From the NCBI GenBank assembly GCA_963662615.2, contig CAXXSR010000001.1, positions 1,632,001 to 1,696,000 of the forward strand: a DNA stretch of 64,000 nt, written 5' to 3'. This stretch comes from Dehalococcoidia bacterium (GTDB taxonomy: Bacteria; Chloroflexota; Dehalococcoidia; Bin125). The stretch's first letter is position 1. Each line of letters opens with the position of its first letter. The notes under the pieces were generated by a model. The model had not been told where the DNA came from and made no database searches. It saw only the letters and a program-made list of their open reading frames with translations. This document shows positions 40,973-50,583 of this stretch, one piece after another. The position numbers and the translations under genes were made by a program.

Positions 40973-43900
40973 ATGGCCAAGACCGGAACGGACGACGCCC
41001 CCGCGACGACCTCCTTCGAAGTGCGAGCCAGCCTGGTCCAGGCGTTGCACCTTGACCTGGTTGGGCCGGGCTCGGATCACGAACTCGCTGAGGAGCGGCT
41101 ACCTGGTTGGGTGCGACCATCGAATTGGTATTTAACCGGTTTTCTGATCCCGTCGGGCACGCCACCTGAACAGGCCGCCGACACAGACGAGGGTGAAGAT
41201 CTGGACGAAACGCCGGAATCCGCCGGCCTCGCCGAAGAGAGCTCGGAGGACCGCAAGGCCGCCAAGCGAGGTTTCTTCCCGTCCTCCATGGGCTTGAGCT
41301 TCCTTGTGCCGGCCGGTGCGCAGACCCTTCAAGTCCTCGTGAGTTGGGGTGACTACACGGCGGAGGAAATCGAAGGCGAGGACCGGAAGTCGTCGTCCGT
41401 CTGGCAGCGGCACCCGCGGGAGCAGACGGTTGATGCCTCCCTTGGCGCTGGCGGGGGAGCGCCATGGGTCGTCCCCCTGCCAGACTCTGGCGGTCTCGAG
41501 CTAAACATCGTCGAGCGGGCGGTGTCGGTCGTGGACCTCGAGGGGCAGATCCCTGCGGGTACTCGGTCCATCTCCCTCTTCCTCGTGAACCACCGACCGC
41601 CGCTCGAGGCCAGGCTCGACGAGGCCTTCGTCTTCCAGCCGCAGCTCGACGTGCGGTGCGAGGTTCCCTTCGTGCCCCGGCCTGACCTTCGCGGCGCCTC
41701 CCCCGAGGATTGGGACGAGCAAGTGGCTGACCTGCACTACGCAGATGTGCCGGCATACGCCACAGGCCACAGTGTTTCGGCGGAGTGGGAAACGGCGGAC
41801 GGCGCGTGCCGCCTCCTGCGCACCGCCTGGATCCCCAGCGCCGAAGTCGAGAAGACCAGCACTGTCGAGCTTCCCGGCGTCGAACTGTCAATGAACGTCC
41901 TCGGAGTCTTGGAGGGTGGCCCTGCCGTTGAAAAGGCCTTGGCCCCATTGGTCGAACGCTACCGGACCTGGATCGAGGAACGGCGAGACGAGACCGCACA
42001 ACTCGCCGGGACCCGCCGTGACACGGCTGATCAGCTTCTCAGCTCCGCTTCATTCGCGGCCGACCGCATTGAGCGTGGGATCGCCGTCCTTGCCGAGGAC
42101 CCCGACGTCCTCGACGCGTTTCGGGTCGCGAACCGGGCCGTGGCCCGCGCCCTGCAGAAGCGCCTCGACGTCGAATCGCCGCAGTGGCGAGCCTTCCAAC
42201 TCGCTTTCGTCCTGCTCAACCTGCCCGGCATGGCCGACCCAAGCGACCCCAATCGCGACACAGTAGACCTGCTCTTCTTCCCGACCGGCGGGGGCAAGAC
42301 GGAGGCGTACTTTGGGCTCGCCGCCTTCGCGATGGTGCTGCGGCGGCTGCGTCATCGGGGGTCTCCCGCGGGCGTTGGGGTCAGCGTCATCATGCGCTAC
42401 ACCCTCCGGCTCCTCACACTGGACCAACTCAGCCGCGCGGCCGGACTCGTCTGTGCTTTGGAACTGGAGCGCGACCAGGATCCCATCTCTTACGGCGAGT
42501 GGCCCTTCGAGATCGGATTGTGGGTGGGTAAGGCTGCGACGCCAAACGTGCTTGGCCACAAAGGCGACGGACGGTCAGACTCCGCGCGCAGCAAGGTGCG
42601 CCAGTTCAAGAGCGATCCACGCAACAGGCCTTCACCAATCCCGCTCGAAAACTGCCCCTGGTGCGGGGAGTCTTTCAAGCCCGAGTCGTTTGAGCTTCGG
42701 CCAGACGACGACCGACCCCGTGAGCTACGGATCGTCTGCATGAACTTCGAGTGTGACTTCACCCGGGATCGCGCGCTGCCGATCGTGGCCGTCGACGAGC
42801 CCATCTATCGACGCTTGCCTGCCTTCCTGATCGCGACCGTCGACAAGTTCGCCTCGCTGCCTTGGGTTGGGCAGGCCGGCGCGCTCCTTGGCGGCGCGGA
42901 TCATCACGATTCAACGGGGTTCTATGGCGCCGCGGACCCGGGCAGCGGTACCCGCCTCGACACGCCCCTCCCCCCGCCCGACCTCATCATCCAGGATGAA
43001 CTCCACCTGATTTCTGGCCCGCTCGGCACCATGGCGGGGTTGTACGAGACGGCCATCGAGGCCCTCTGCGTGCGCCAGCTCGAGGGGCGCGCCGTCCGGC
43101 CCAAGATTGTCGCCTCGACCGCGACGGTGCGCCGTGCCCCCGATCAAATCCAGGCACTCTTCGGGCGGGCGTCCACCCAAGTCTTCCCACCTCCCGGGCC
43201 GGGACGCCGGCACTCGTTTTTTGCCAAGACGCTCTCGCCGACGGAGGTCCCTGCCAGGCTGTATCTCGGAGTTGCTGCGCAGGGTCGTAACCCAAAGGAG
43301 GTCCTCCGGAAGACGTGGCTCGCGCTGATGGGTGCCGCGCAGCGGGCCTACCGCGACGCGGGCGGCCACCAGAATGAAGCAAATCCTGCCGACCCCTATA
43401 TGACGGTCCTGGGGTACTTCAACAGCCTGCGCGAGTTGGGCGGCTGCCGCCGCATCCTCGAGGAGCAGGTCCAGAACACGATCAAGGCATACGGCGGCCG
43501 CAAGCGGGTCGGCGAGGATCGCGGGCTCTTCCGTGACCGGAAGACCTTCTCTGAGGTGGTCGAACTGACCTCCCGCGTCCCGACCAACAAGGTGGCGGAG
43601 GCGCGGCGCCGCTTGGAGGCCCGCTTCCACGAGAAGCAGCGTGTGGACTGTGCGATCGCGACGAACATGATCTCGGTCGGGCTTGATATTCAGCGGCTGG
43701 GACTGATGGTGGTGCAGGGCCAGCCCAAGACCACGTCCGAGTACATTCAGGCGACGAGTCGCGTGGGCCGAGACGAGGAGCGCCCTGGGCTCGTCGTCAC
43801 GCTGCTCAACATTCACAAGCCGCGGGATCGATCCCACTACGAGCGCTTCCGCCACTACCACGAGACCTTTTACCGCTCGGTCGAGGTGAGCAGCGTCACA

Positions 43901-44371
43901 CCGTTCTCTGCCCGCGCACTGGATCGCGGCTTCGCTGGTGCATGCGTTGCACTGGCGCGGTACGCCGAGCCGGCGCTGGCACCGCCGCGCGGTGCCGAGC
44001 AGATCGCGGCGGTCCGAGTTTCCCTAGAGATGCAGCTCCTCGACGCATTCCTTGAGCGGGTCCGGCAGCAGCCGATCGAGGACGCAGACGAGCTGGAGGA
44101 ACGCTTACGCAGTGTGCGAAACCGGACCGTGGATCTGCTCGACTCCTGGCGGGCGGTCTTCGACGAGTACCTCGCTGACGGAGTGGCGCTGCAGTACCAG
44201 AAGTACGAGCTGGACGGTCCTCGGCCACTCCTGCGCGACATCCTCGACCGAGATTTCGAGTCGGAACACCACCGAAAATTCCGTGCTAACCGGTCGCTTC
44301 GCGACGTGGAGCCGGAGGTCAACTTGTTTCTCCATGACCTCAACGGCAGGCAGGTGGACGCCGGGCCATGA
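40973..44371 (+). CDS. drmA: DISARM helicase
   Basis: PTGGGKTEAY, QDELH, ATNMISVGLD, QATSRVGR. Confidence 0.88.
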   Translation: MAKTGTDDAPATTSFEVRASLVQALHLDLVGPGSDHELAEERLPGWVRPSNWYLTGFLIPSGTPPEQAADTDEGEDLDETPESAGLAEESSEDRKAAKRGFFPSSMGLSFLVPAGAQTLQVLVSWGDYTAEEIEGEDRKSSSVWQRHPREQTVDASLGAGGGAPWVVPLPDSGGLELNIVERAVSVVDLEGQIPAGTRSISLFLVNHRPPLEARLDEAFVFQPQLDVRCEVPFVPRPDLRGASPEDWDEQVADLHYADVPAYATGHSVSAEWETADGACRLLRTAWIPSAEVEKTSTVELPGVELSMNVLGVLEGGPAVEKALAPLVERYRTWIEERRDETAQLAGTRRDTADQLLSSASFAADRIERGIAVLAEDPDVLDAFRVANRAVARALQKRLDVESPQWRAFQLAFVLLNLPGMADPSDPNRDTVDLLFFPTGGGKTEAYFGLAAFAMVLRRLRHRGSPAGVGVSVIMRYTLRLLTLDQLSRAAGLVCALELERDQDPISYGEWPFEIGLWVGKAATPNVLGHKGDGRSDSARSKVRQFKSDPRNRPSPIPLENCPWCGESFKPESFELRPDDDRPRELRIVCMNFECDFTRDRALPIVAVDEPIYRRLPAFLIATVDKFASLPWVGQAGALLGGADHHDSTGFYGAADPGSGTRLDTPLPPPDLIIQDELHLISGPLGTMAGLYETAIEALCVRQLEGRAVRPKIVASTATVRRAPDQIQALFGRASTQVFPPPGPGRRHSFFAKTLSPTEVPARLYLGVAAQGRNPKEVLRKTWLALMGAAQRAYRDAGGHQNEANPADPYMTVLGYFNSLRELGGCRRILEEQVQNTIKAYGGRKRVGEDRGLFRDRKTFSEVVELTSRVPTNKVAEARRRLEARFHEKQRVDCAIATNMISVGLDIQRLGLMVVQGQPKTTSEYIQATSRVGRDEERPGLVVTLLNIHKPRDRSHYERFRHYHETFYRSVEVSSVTPFSARALDRGFAGACVALARYAEPALAPPRGAEQIAAVRVSLEMQLLDAFLERVRQQPIEDADELEERLRSVRNRTVDLLDSWRAVFDEYLADGVALQYQKYELDGPRPLLRDILDRDFESEHHRKFRANRSLRDVEPEVNLFLHDLNGRQVDAGP

Positions 44372-46161
44372 GCAAGCGCGCACACGGCCAGATTCGACGG
44401 AGCCAAGTCATCACCACGTGGGGCCCCGGTGCGCTCCTGGATCTCCCCCGCCACTCGGCGATCGTCGGGGGCTTGGACACCTGGCCCCGAATCAACGACC
44501 TCGAGGAGATCGTGGAGCCATTCCTGTCGCGAAAACTTCAAGAGATGACGGGCGTTGCTGCCCCGCGCTTATACGCTCCACCGGCGGACTCGAACGACCC
44601 CCGGGAGCCGAAGCAGGGCATCACGGTCTACCGCTTTCCGGAGTGGTTCATCGTCCAAGAGGCCGCGGGCGAAGACGGACGCCAGCGCTCCCGACGCCTC
44701 GTGTCCCGGCGCGCCCTCGATGAGCGGGGAAAGTTCGACGGGCACCTGGTCGTCGCGACCCGGTTCGTGCGGGGGTGCCCGCGAGGACACGTGGACGATC
44801 TCGATTGGCCTACGTTCGTCCATGGCCCCGGGGACGGCTGTCATCGCCAGCTCTGGCTGGACGAGCGGGGGACCAGCGGAGACCTGGGCGAGAACGTCGT
44901 GCGCTGTGAATGCAAACGGACGCGCGGGATGCACGAAGCGATGCTTCTCGAGGACAATCCGCTGGGTACGTGTCGCGGCACGCGCCCCTGGCTCGGACTG
45001 CATTCCAAGGAGGACTGTACGCTGCCCAGCCGCCTTCTCACCCGGACAGCCGCCAACGCCTACTTCCCGCAAGTGGTCAGTGTGCTCTCGCTCCCAGACC
45101 AGGGATCGGCCGTCCAGGGGGTAGTGCGAGCACTCTGGGACGATCTGCAGATCGTAGACACCGTCGACCAGCTCGCGTTTCTCAAGAAAAAGCCTCAAAT
45201 CGCAGATCTGCTCTCGCCGTTCAGCAACGACGAGGTCTTCGAGGCGATCGGCGTGGTCAAAGGTGGGCACGACGACGAGCGACCCGTTAAACACGTGGAG
45301 ATCGAAGCGATACTCGCCGCTCCCGAGGGCTTCGGGGACGACGTCCCGGTCGACCCGAACTTCCATGCACGGCGCCTGCCAGACGCAGCCTGGCGCCAGT
45401 TCTCTCGGAGCGACGGAATCGAGAGCGTCACCCAGCTCCATCGATTGCGAGAGGTCCTCGCCCTCAGCGGCTTCACCCGGTTCGAGGCGGAAGTACCCGA
45501 CATTCACGGCGAGTACGACAGCGATGTGCAGCGTGCGGAGCTTGCCCTGGAGCCCCAGTGGTTCCCCGCCGTCGAGAATCGCGGCGAGGGACTCTTCGTC
45601 CAGCTTCGTGCCACGGCCCTGCAGAGCTGGCTTGAGCAGCCGGGTGTCCAGGACCGACTCGATCACCTCACGACCGGCCATGACAGATGGATCAAGGACC
45701 GCAAGAGTAAGAGACAGTTCCCCGGCGGGCCGTACATTCTCCTGCACACGCTGTCGCATCTTCTGATGGAGTCGCTCTCGATGCGCTGCGGCTATCCAGC
45801 GAGCTCGATCCGCGAGCGGATCTATGCGGATGCAGCGGGGCAACGCTTCGGCGTCTTGCTCTACACGGGTAGCCCAGACGCAGAAGGCACACTCGGAGGG
45901 CTCGTCCAAGAAGCGCGTCATTTTGAGGCCCATCTTGCCTACGCGCTGCGGATGGGGGCGCTGTGCTCCAACGATCCGATTTGCGCAGAACACGCCCCTG
46001 GAGAAAGTTTGGAAGAACGCTGGCTCCACGGTGCCGCCTGCCACGGCTGTGCGCTGGTCGCGGAGACGTCATGCGAGATGCGCAACGACCATCTCGATCG
46101 CGCACTCCTCGTCCCCGTCCTGGGAGTCTCGGATGCGGCGTTCTTCGAGACCGTGGAATGA
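44368..46161 (+). CDS. drmB: DISARM DUF1998 protein
   Basis: RSQVITTWGPG; LHTLSH; GTLGGL; CSNDPIC...ACHGC...ETSCE. Confidence 0.88.
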   Translation: MSKRAHGQIRRSQVITTWGPGALLDLPRHSAIVGGLDTWPRINDLEEIVEPFLSRKLQEMTGVAAPRLYAPPADSNDPREPKQGITVYRFPEWFIVQEAAGEDGRQRSRRLVSRRALDERGKFDGHLVVATRFVRGCPRGHVDDLDWPTFVHGPGDGCHRQLWLDERGTSGDLGENVVRCECKRTRGMHEAMLLEDNPLGTCRGTRPWLGLHSKEDCTLPSRLLTRTAANAYFPQVVSVLSLPDQGSAVQGVVRALWDDLQIVDTVDQLAFLKKKPQIADLLSPFSNDEVFEAIGVVKGGHDDERPVKHVEIEAILAAPEGFGDDVPVDPNFHARRLPDAAWRQFSRSDGIESVTQLHRLREVLALSGFTRFEAEVPDIHGEYDSDVQRAELALEPQWFPAVENRGEGLFVQLRATALQSWLEQPGVQDRLDHLTTGHDRWIKDRKSKRQFPGGPYILLHTLSHLLMESLSMRCGYPASSIRERIYADAAGQRFGVLLYTGSPDAEGTLGGLVQEARHFEAHLAYALRMGALCSNDPICAEHAPGESLEERWLHGAACHGCALVAETSCEMRNDHLDRALLVPVLGVSDAAFFETVE

Positions 46162-46940
46162 CCGCGGCCCTCTTCGGTCTCCCGGCGCATCGGCGGAGGC
46201 GGCTTGTGGAAGCCCTTCAGTCGGGTCAGCTCTCTACGCCTTATTCCCCCACTTCGCTGCGATCAGTCCTCGGGCTGCGCGAGGGGGGCGAGGCCGTGCT
46301 CGATGCCCTGGGGGAGTTGGAAGGGATGAGCATCACTGGACGGGCCGCGGCGGCCTGGATTCGCGCCGTTGATGAGGCAGTCGATCGGCTGCCGCGGCCG
46401 GATCTCGTCTGGTCAGGCCCGGAGGTACTCGGGCTGCACGCCCGCGACACGCGGCGCGTGTACGAGGAGCTTCTGGGTGCGGCGGAGGACTCGATCTGGG
46501 CGTGCAGTTACGCCTACTTCGATGGTCGGCGCGCCTTCGAGGCGCTGGCGCGCCGGATGGACGAGAAGCCCGAGTTACGTGTGACGCTACTGCTCAACAT
46601 TCAGCGCCGACGCGGGGACACGACGACGGCGGAGCAGCTGGTGCGGAAATTCGCGGATCGCTTCTGGGGCACGGATTGGCCCGGCTCGTCCCGGCCGAGG
46701 GTCTTCTACGACCCGCGCTCGCTTGAGCCCGATGGTCCCGCTGGGGTCTTGCACGCGAAGGCCGTGGTAGCGGACGACAGGGCGGTCTTCGTGACATCCG
46801 CCAACCTCACCGAAGCGGCGCTCGACAGAAACATTGAGATCGGTCTGCTGGTTCGCGATCCGGCGATCGCCGCTACCGTCTCGACGCACTTCCGCACACT
46901 GGTCGAACAACGCTTGCTGCTCCAGTTGCCTGGGGACTAA
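46158..46940 (+). CDS. drmC: DISARM phospholipase D-like nuclease
   Basis: LHAKAVVAD (HKD), SANLT, NIEIG. Confidence 0.88.
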   Translation: MTAALFGLPAHRRRRLVEALQSGQLSTPYSPTSLRSVLGLREGGEAVLDALGELEGMSITGRAAAAWIRAVDEAVDRLPRPDLVWSGPEVLGLHARDTRRVYEELLGAAEDSIWACSYAYFDGRRAFEALARRMDEKPELRVTLLLNIQRRRGDTTTAEQLVRKFADRFWGTDWPGSSRPRVFYDPRSLEPDGPAGVLHAKAVVADDRAVFVTSANLTEAALDRNIEIGLLVRDPAIAATVSTHFRTLVEQRLLLQLPGD

Positions 46941-47011
46941 GACCAGTCGTCTGGGAGCGCTCCTCTAGCGGCCCGGAGTTCAACGACGCGCTCGGCCACG
47001 CCTCGTCGATG

Positions 47012-47962
47012 TGACCTGCCCCCCCAGAACCGGTCCAGATCCTGTGCGAGGATTCGGGCCGGTGCGAAGGGAGTCGGCATGGCACGCAAGCGGTACGCGG
47101 CCGAGGAGATCATCAGCAAACTGCGGGAGGCGGAGGTGGTGCTCGCGCAGGGGGAATCGGTCGCGCCGGTCGCGCGCCGCCTCGGCGTGGCCGAGCCAAC
47201 GTATTACCGCTGGCGGCGGGAGTACGGGGGGCTGCGGGTCGACCAGGCCAAGCGGCTGAAAGAACTGGAGCGCGAGAACAGTCGGCTGAAGCGGTTGGTG
47301 GCCGATCAGGCGCTGGACAACGCGATGTTGCGGGGCGTCGCAGCGGGAACCTGCTGAGCCCGGCCAAGCGGCGCCGGGCGACATCCTCCCGCACGGACCC
47401 GTACGCGGTGTCGGAGCGGCGGGCCTGCCGGGTCACCGGCCAGGCGCGGGCACCGCAGCGCTACGTGCCCCGGCCGTCCCCGGATGAGCCGGCGCTGATC
47501 GCGCGCATCGTCGCGCTGGCCACCCGCTTCGGCCGCTACGGCTCCCGCCGCATCACGGCCCGGCTGCGCCAGGCGGGCTGGCGGGTGAACCCCAAGCGGG
47601 TCGAGCGGCTCTGGCGTCAGGAAGGCTTGCGGGTCCCCGGGAAGCACCCCAAACGGGGCCGCCTCTGGCTCGCGGCCGGCTCGCTGGTGCGGCGGCGGGC
47701 CGAGCGGCCGAACCACGTCTGGTCCTACGACTTCGTCTTCGACCGCACCGCCGCTGGGCGCCCGGTGCGGATCCTCGCCATCGTGGATGAGTACACCCGC
47801 GAGTGCCTGCGTCTCGACGTCGCCCGCCGACTGCGCAGCGACGACGTCCTGGCGCGGTTGGCCCAGCTGTTCGTCGAGCGCGGGCCGCCGACGTTTCTGC
47901 GGTCCGACAACGGCCCGGAGTTCACCGCCACCGCGGTGCGGGACTGGCTGCACCGGGTCGGG
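47012..47962 (+). mobile_element. IS3-family element, 3'-truncated
   Basis: IR at 47012; orfA 47079-47357; orfB stops matching the 17964-18783 copy at 47962. Confidence 0.88.
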
Positions 47963-49255
47963 CTCCCGCCCGAGACTGGCGCGCAGTCGCGCCGGAGGCG
48001 GGAACGGACTAAGGGAAGATCGGCACTCCACGACCCTATACCAGATGGGAAGATCGGCACTCAGCTTGAGCTTTCTCTGGATGGGTTGGACGTGTCGCCG
48101 GTCTCGAAGGAGAAGCGCAAGCGCGCGGCTAAGAGACCAGCCCGACACGACGAGCTGTTCGATCTCTACCAGCGTCGGATCGCCGGCCGCGTCGCACCCG
48201 CGACAGTGACGAAGTACGCCTGGACGCTCGAACAGTGTCTTCGTCTGGCCGAGGAGCGAACCTCCCGGCCGGTGAGCATAGCGATGCTGTTGACTGACGG
48301 AACGGCGCTGGGATACGTCTGTTCCACGACTCGACGCCCTGGTGGCGGACTCCCCATCTCGGCATGGACCGCCGCGCATAGAAGGACGGTCTTGCGGTCC
48401 GTGGCCGGGACTCTCGCACCGGAACTCAGGTCTTTGGGCCTGAACGACGCGATCCAACACGTCGATCTCGCGATCCGGCGAGTGGCCGAGAGGGTGGGCG
48501 GTGGATCTCGCTTGCCGGTCGGAACGACGCGGAACAGAGGCCGGCCCGTGCCGTCGACGGCGGAAGTGAGCTCGCTACTGAACGTCGTAGGAAGCGACGA
48601 AGGCTGGGCTGGTCAGCGAAATGCGCTGTTCTACGGAATCCTCGCCGCGACGGGCACGCGCGTCGGCGCACTTCTTGTACTGGATGGCCAAGACTTGTGT
48701 CTGACTCCGGACGGTGCCGTCCGGCTTTCTCTCCACGACAAAGCCTCCGGTGGGCGGTTCGAGCTGGAACTTCCGGATCGCTTCCACGCACCGCTAGATG
48801 CCTACTTCGAGGCTACCAATCTGTCGCTCACCGGTCTGGGAAAAGGGCGAGTCGGGTTCGGGAGATTAGGCCCTGTTTGGCGCGGTCCAACGGGCGATCG
48901 ATGGCCAGCCGCCCAGATGCGCCGCCGCTTGCGAGCGGCCTGCCGCACGGCTGGGATAGAGGACTACACGCCGCATTCGTTCAGAGCCTACTTCGCCACG
49001 CAAGCGACCAACGTCGCGTCGCGCCGAGTCGCGGCCCTTGCCGGAGGCTGGCGGGGGACCGAGCGAATGGATGACCACTACGTCGGAGTCAAGCGCGATT
49101 CCATCGAGCGGAAGCTCGCCCAGATCGGCGTATCCGACAGAAGCCAACGCGGCTCCCGTCGTCGCCCGGCGGTTGAACAGCCTCATATGTCGCCCGCCGC
49201 AACTACACCGACGGCGGGTGCAGATCTCATTGCGAAGATCCGGTCGCGCCAATGA
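47963..49255 (+). CDS. Cre-like tyrosine recombinase A, right module (in frame with IS orfB; native start unclear)
   Basis: ATGTRVGAL, HDKASG, TPHSFRAY, AGGWRGTERMDDHY; homologous to 12845-14068. Confidence 0.78.
   Translation, partial: LPPETGAQSRRRRERTKGRSALHDPIPDGKIGTQLELSLDGLDVSPVSKEKRKRAAKRPARHDELFDLYQRRIAGRVAPATVTKYAWTLEQCLRLAEERTSRPVSIAMLLTDGTALGYVCSTTRRPGGGLPISAWTAAHRRTVLRSVAGTLAPELRSLGLNDAIQHVDLAIRRVAERVGGGSRLPVGTTRNRGRPVPSTAEVSSLLNVVGSDEGWAGQRNALFYGILAATGTRVGALLVLDGQDLCLTPDGAVRLSLHDKASGGRFELELPDRFHAPLDAYFEATNLSLTGLGKGRVGFGRLGPVWRGPTGDRWPAAQMRRRLRAACRTAGIEDYTPHSFRAYFATQATNVASRRVAALAGGWRGTERMDDHYVGVKRDSIERKLAQIGVSDRSQRGSRRRPAVEQPHMSPAATTPTAGADLIAKIRSRQ
48013..48062. repeat. 16-bp direct repeat GGGAAGATCGGCACTC x2 (48013-48028, 48047-48062)
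   Basis: Read directly. Confidence 0.85.
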
Positions 49256-50277
49256 CAGCGCTCCAACCCGATCTGTTGAAGTCCAAGCGTGCGTCGCTCG
49301 ACGAAGACTCCGAACGGTTGCTGACGACCTACACGCAGGCACGGCTCGACGAGGGAGCAGCCGCATCGACCGTGTCGTCTGAGCGCTCCCAGCTCAGGAG
49401 CCTGCTACGGGACTCGATCGAATCCGGCAAGGCCAGGACCCTCGCTGAGCTGGTGATGGACCCGTCGAGCGCCGCATCCGCGCTGACCTGCCCCACAGGT
49501 TCACCGGGCAGGGCGTCGATGCAGACGAGACTTCGCGCCTTCCAGCGGCTCTCGGGGCTCGGAGTTTCCGACGCGGAACGCAGGGCACGCCTCGAAGTCT
49601 TGGATGGGTCCCTCCCTTCCCGGCGCAGCCGAGGGTGGCACGACGCCGGTATCGCCGTCGCTGGACTACGGGGAACAGGACGGTGTAGAACTTCGACGAT
49701 CGATCCATCAGCGCTGGAGGCGATCGTTCTCGGGAGCGGTGTCCGAGCGAACGACGATTCCGCCCTTCTGGGCGCGCTCTGCTTCAGCGGCCTGCGCGTC
49801 GCGGAGGTTCGCATGCTGCGCTGGGGAGATCTGATCTGGAACGGCGCGGCAGAATCCTGGGAAGCTTCGGTCCAGCGTACCGGGAGACGTGGCCTGCGGT
49901 TTCTCATCGTTGGACCCGGTGCCCAAACCATGACGAATTGGAGACTTGAATCGCGCGCCGACGACGACCAAGCTGTCTTCGGCGCGCGGGACTCCGGGAA
50001 ACCCCTATCGGCGCGTGGCTTCCGACGGCGCGTGGACTTCGCTCTAACTCAGGCTGGGCATCCCTCGACCCGGCATTCCCAGATTCAGTCGGCGTTCGCG
50101 GGCTGGCTCTCCGCGTCCGGCTTCACGGACCACGAGATCAAAGTGGTGATGGGGCGCCGGGAGGTCAGATCGGTTGACCGGCTCCTGTTCGCTCACCGGG
50201 CGTTGGCGGCGCAGCGGCAGCTTGCCGAGCAAATGGAGGGTGCGCCCCTTGGCTCGGGCTCGATCGGGAGCCATTGA
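49252..50277 (+). CDS. tyrosine-recombinase-fold protein B, predicted catalytically dead
   Basis: SGLRVAEV retained; HxxR replaced by SQIQ; MGRREVRSVDRLL lacks H and Y; ATGA overlap with A. Confidence 0.75.
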   Translation: MTALQPDLLKSKRASLDEDSERLLTTYTQARLDEGAAASTVSSERSQLRSLLRDSIESGKARTLAELVMDPSSAASALTCPTGSPGRASMQTRLRAFQRLSGLGVSDAERRARLEVLDGSLPSRRSRGWHDAGIAVAGLRGTGRCRTSTIDPSALEAIVLGSGVRANDDSALLGALCFSGLRVAEVRMLRWGDLIWNGAAESWEASVQRTGRRGLRFLIVGPGAQTMTNWRLESRADDDQAVFGARDSGKPLSARGFRRRVDFALTQAGHPSTRHSQIQSAFAGWLSASGFTDHEIKVVMGRREVRSVDRLLFAHRALAAQRQLAEQMEGAPLGSGSIGSH

Positions 50278-50341
50278 AGTGCTCTGGGTACTTGAGGCTA
50301 GAGATAAAGACGGTGATAATAATGAGGAAGGGGGTGCTGCG

Positions 50342-50578
50342 ATGGATGTGACGCTCAATGGGAAGCGCTACTCGATGACGAAAGCGGATGTGGAGCGGGT
50401 CGTCGACGAGGCTCCGGACTCGCCGCGACGATACGTCGTGAAAGTCAAACGAAAGCGCTACCCGATCAAACAGGCCGCAAGTGCGGGCCTCGGTGTGCCG
50501 CCCGTCGCGTTCACTTCCCAGCAGGCGTACCAATGGCTCTCGCGACTCGACTTCGACGTGATCGATCTGAAGGGCTGA
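50342..50578 (+). CDS. small basic putative DNA-binding protein (resembles SCO5918 family)
   Basis: YPIKQ...FTSQQA...LSRLDF; TTGAGG-17-GATAAT promoter-like sequence and purine-rich RBS upstream. Confidence 0.6.
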   Translation: MDVTLNGKRYSMTKADVERVVDEAPDSPRRYVVKVKRKRYPIKQAASAGLGVPPVAFTSQQAYQWLSRLDFDVIDLKG

Positions 50579-50583
50579 CGACC

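Noticed and set aside
44569-46044. 491-aa minus-strand ORF and similar long antisense ORFs (e.g. 58165-59856)
   Set aside because: Shadows of well-supported genes on the opposite strand.
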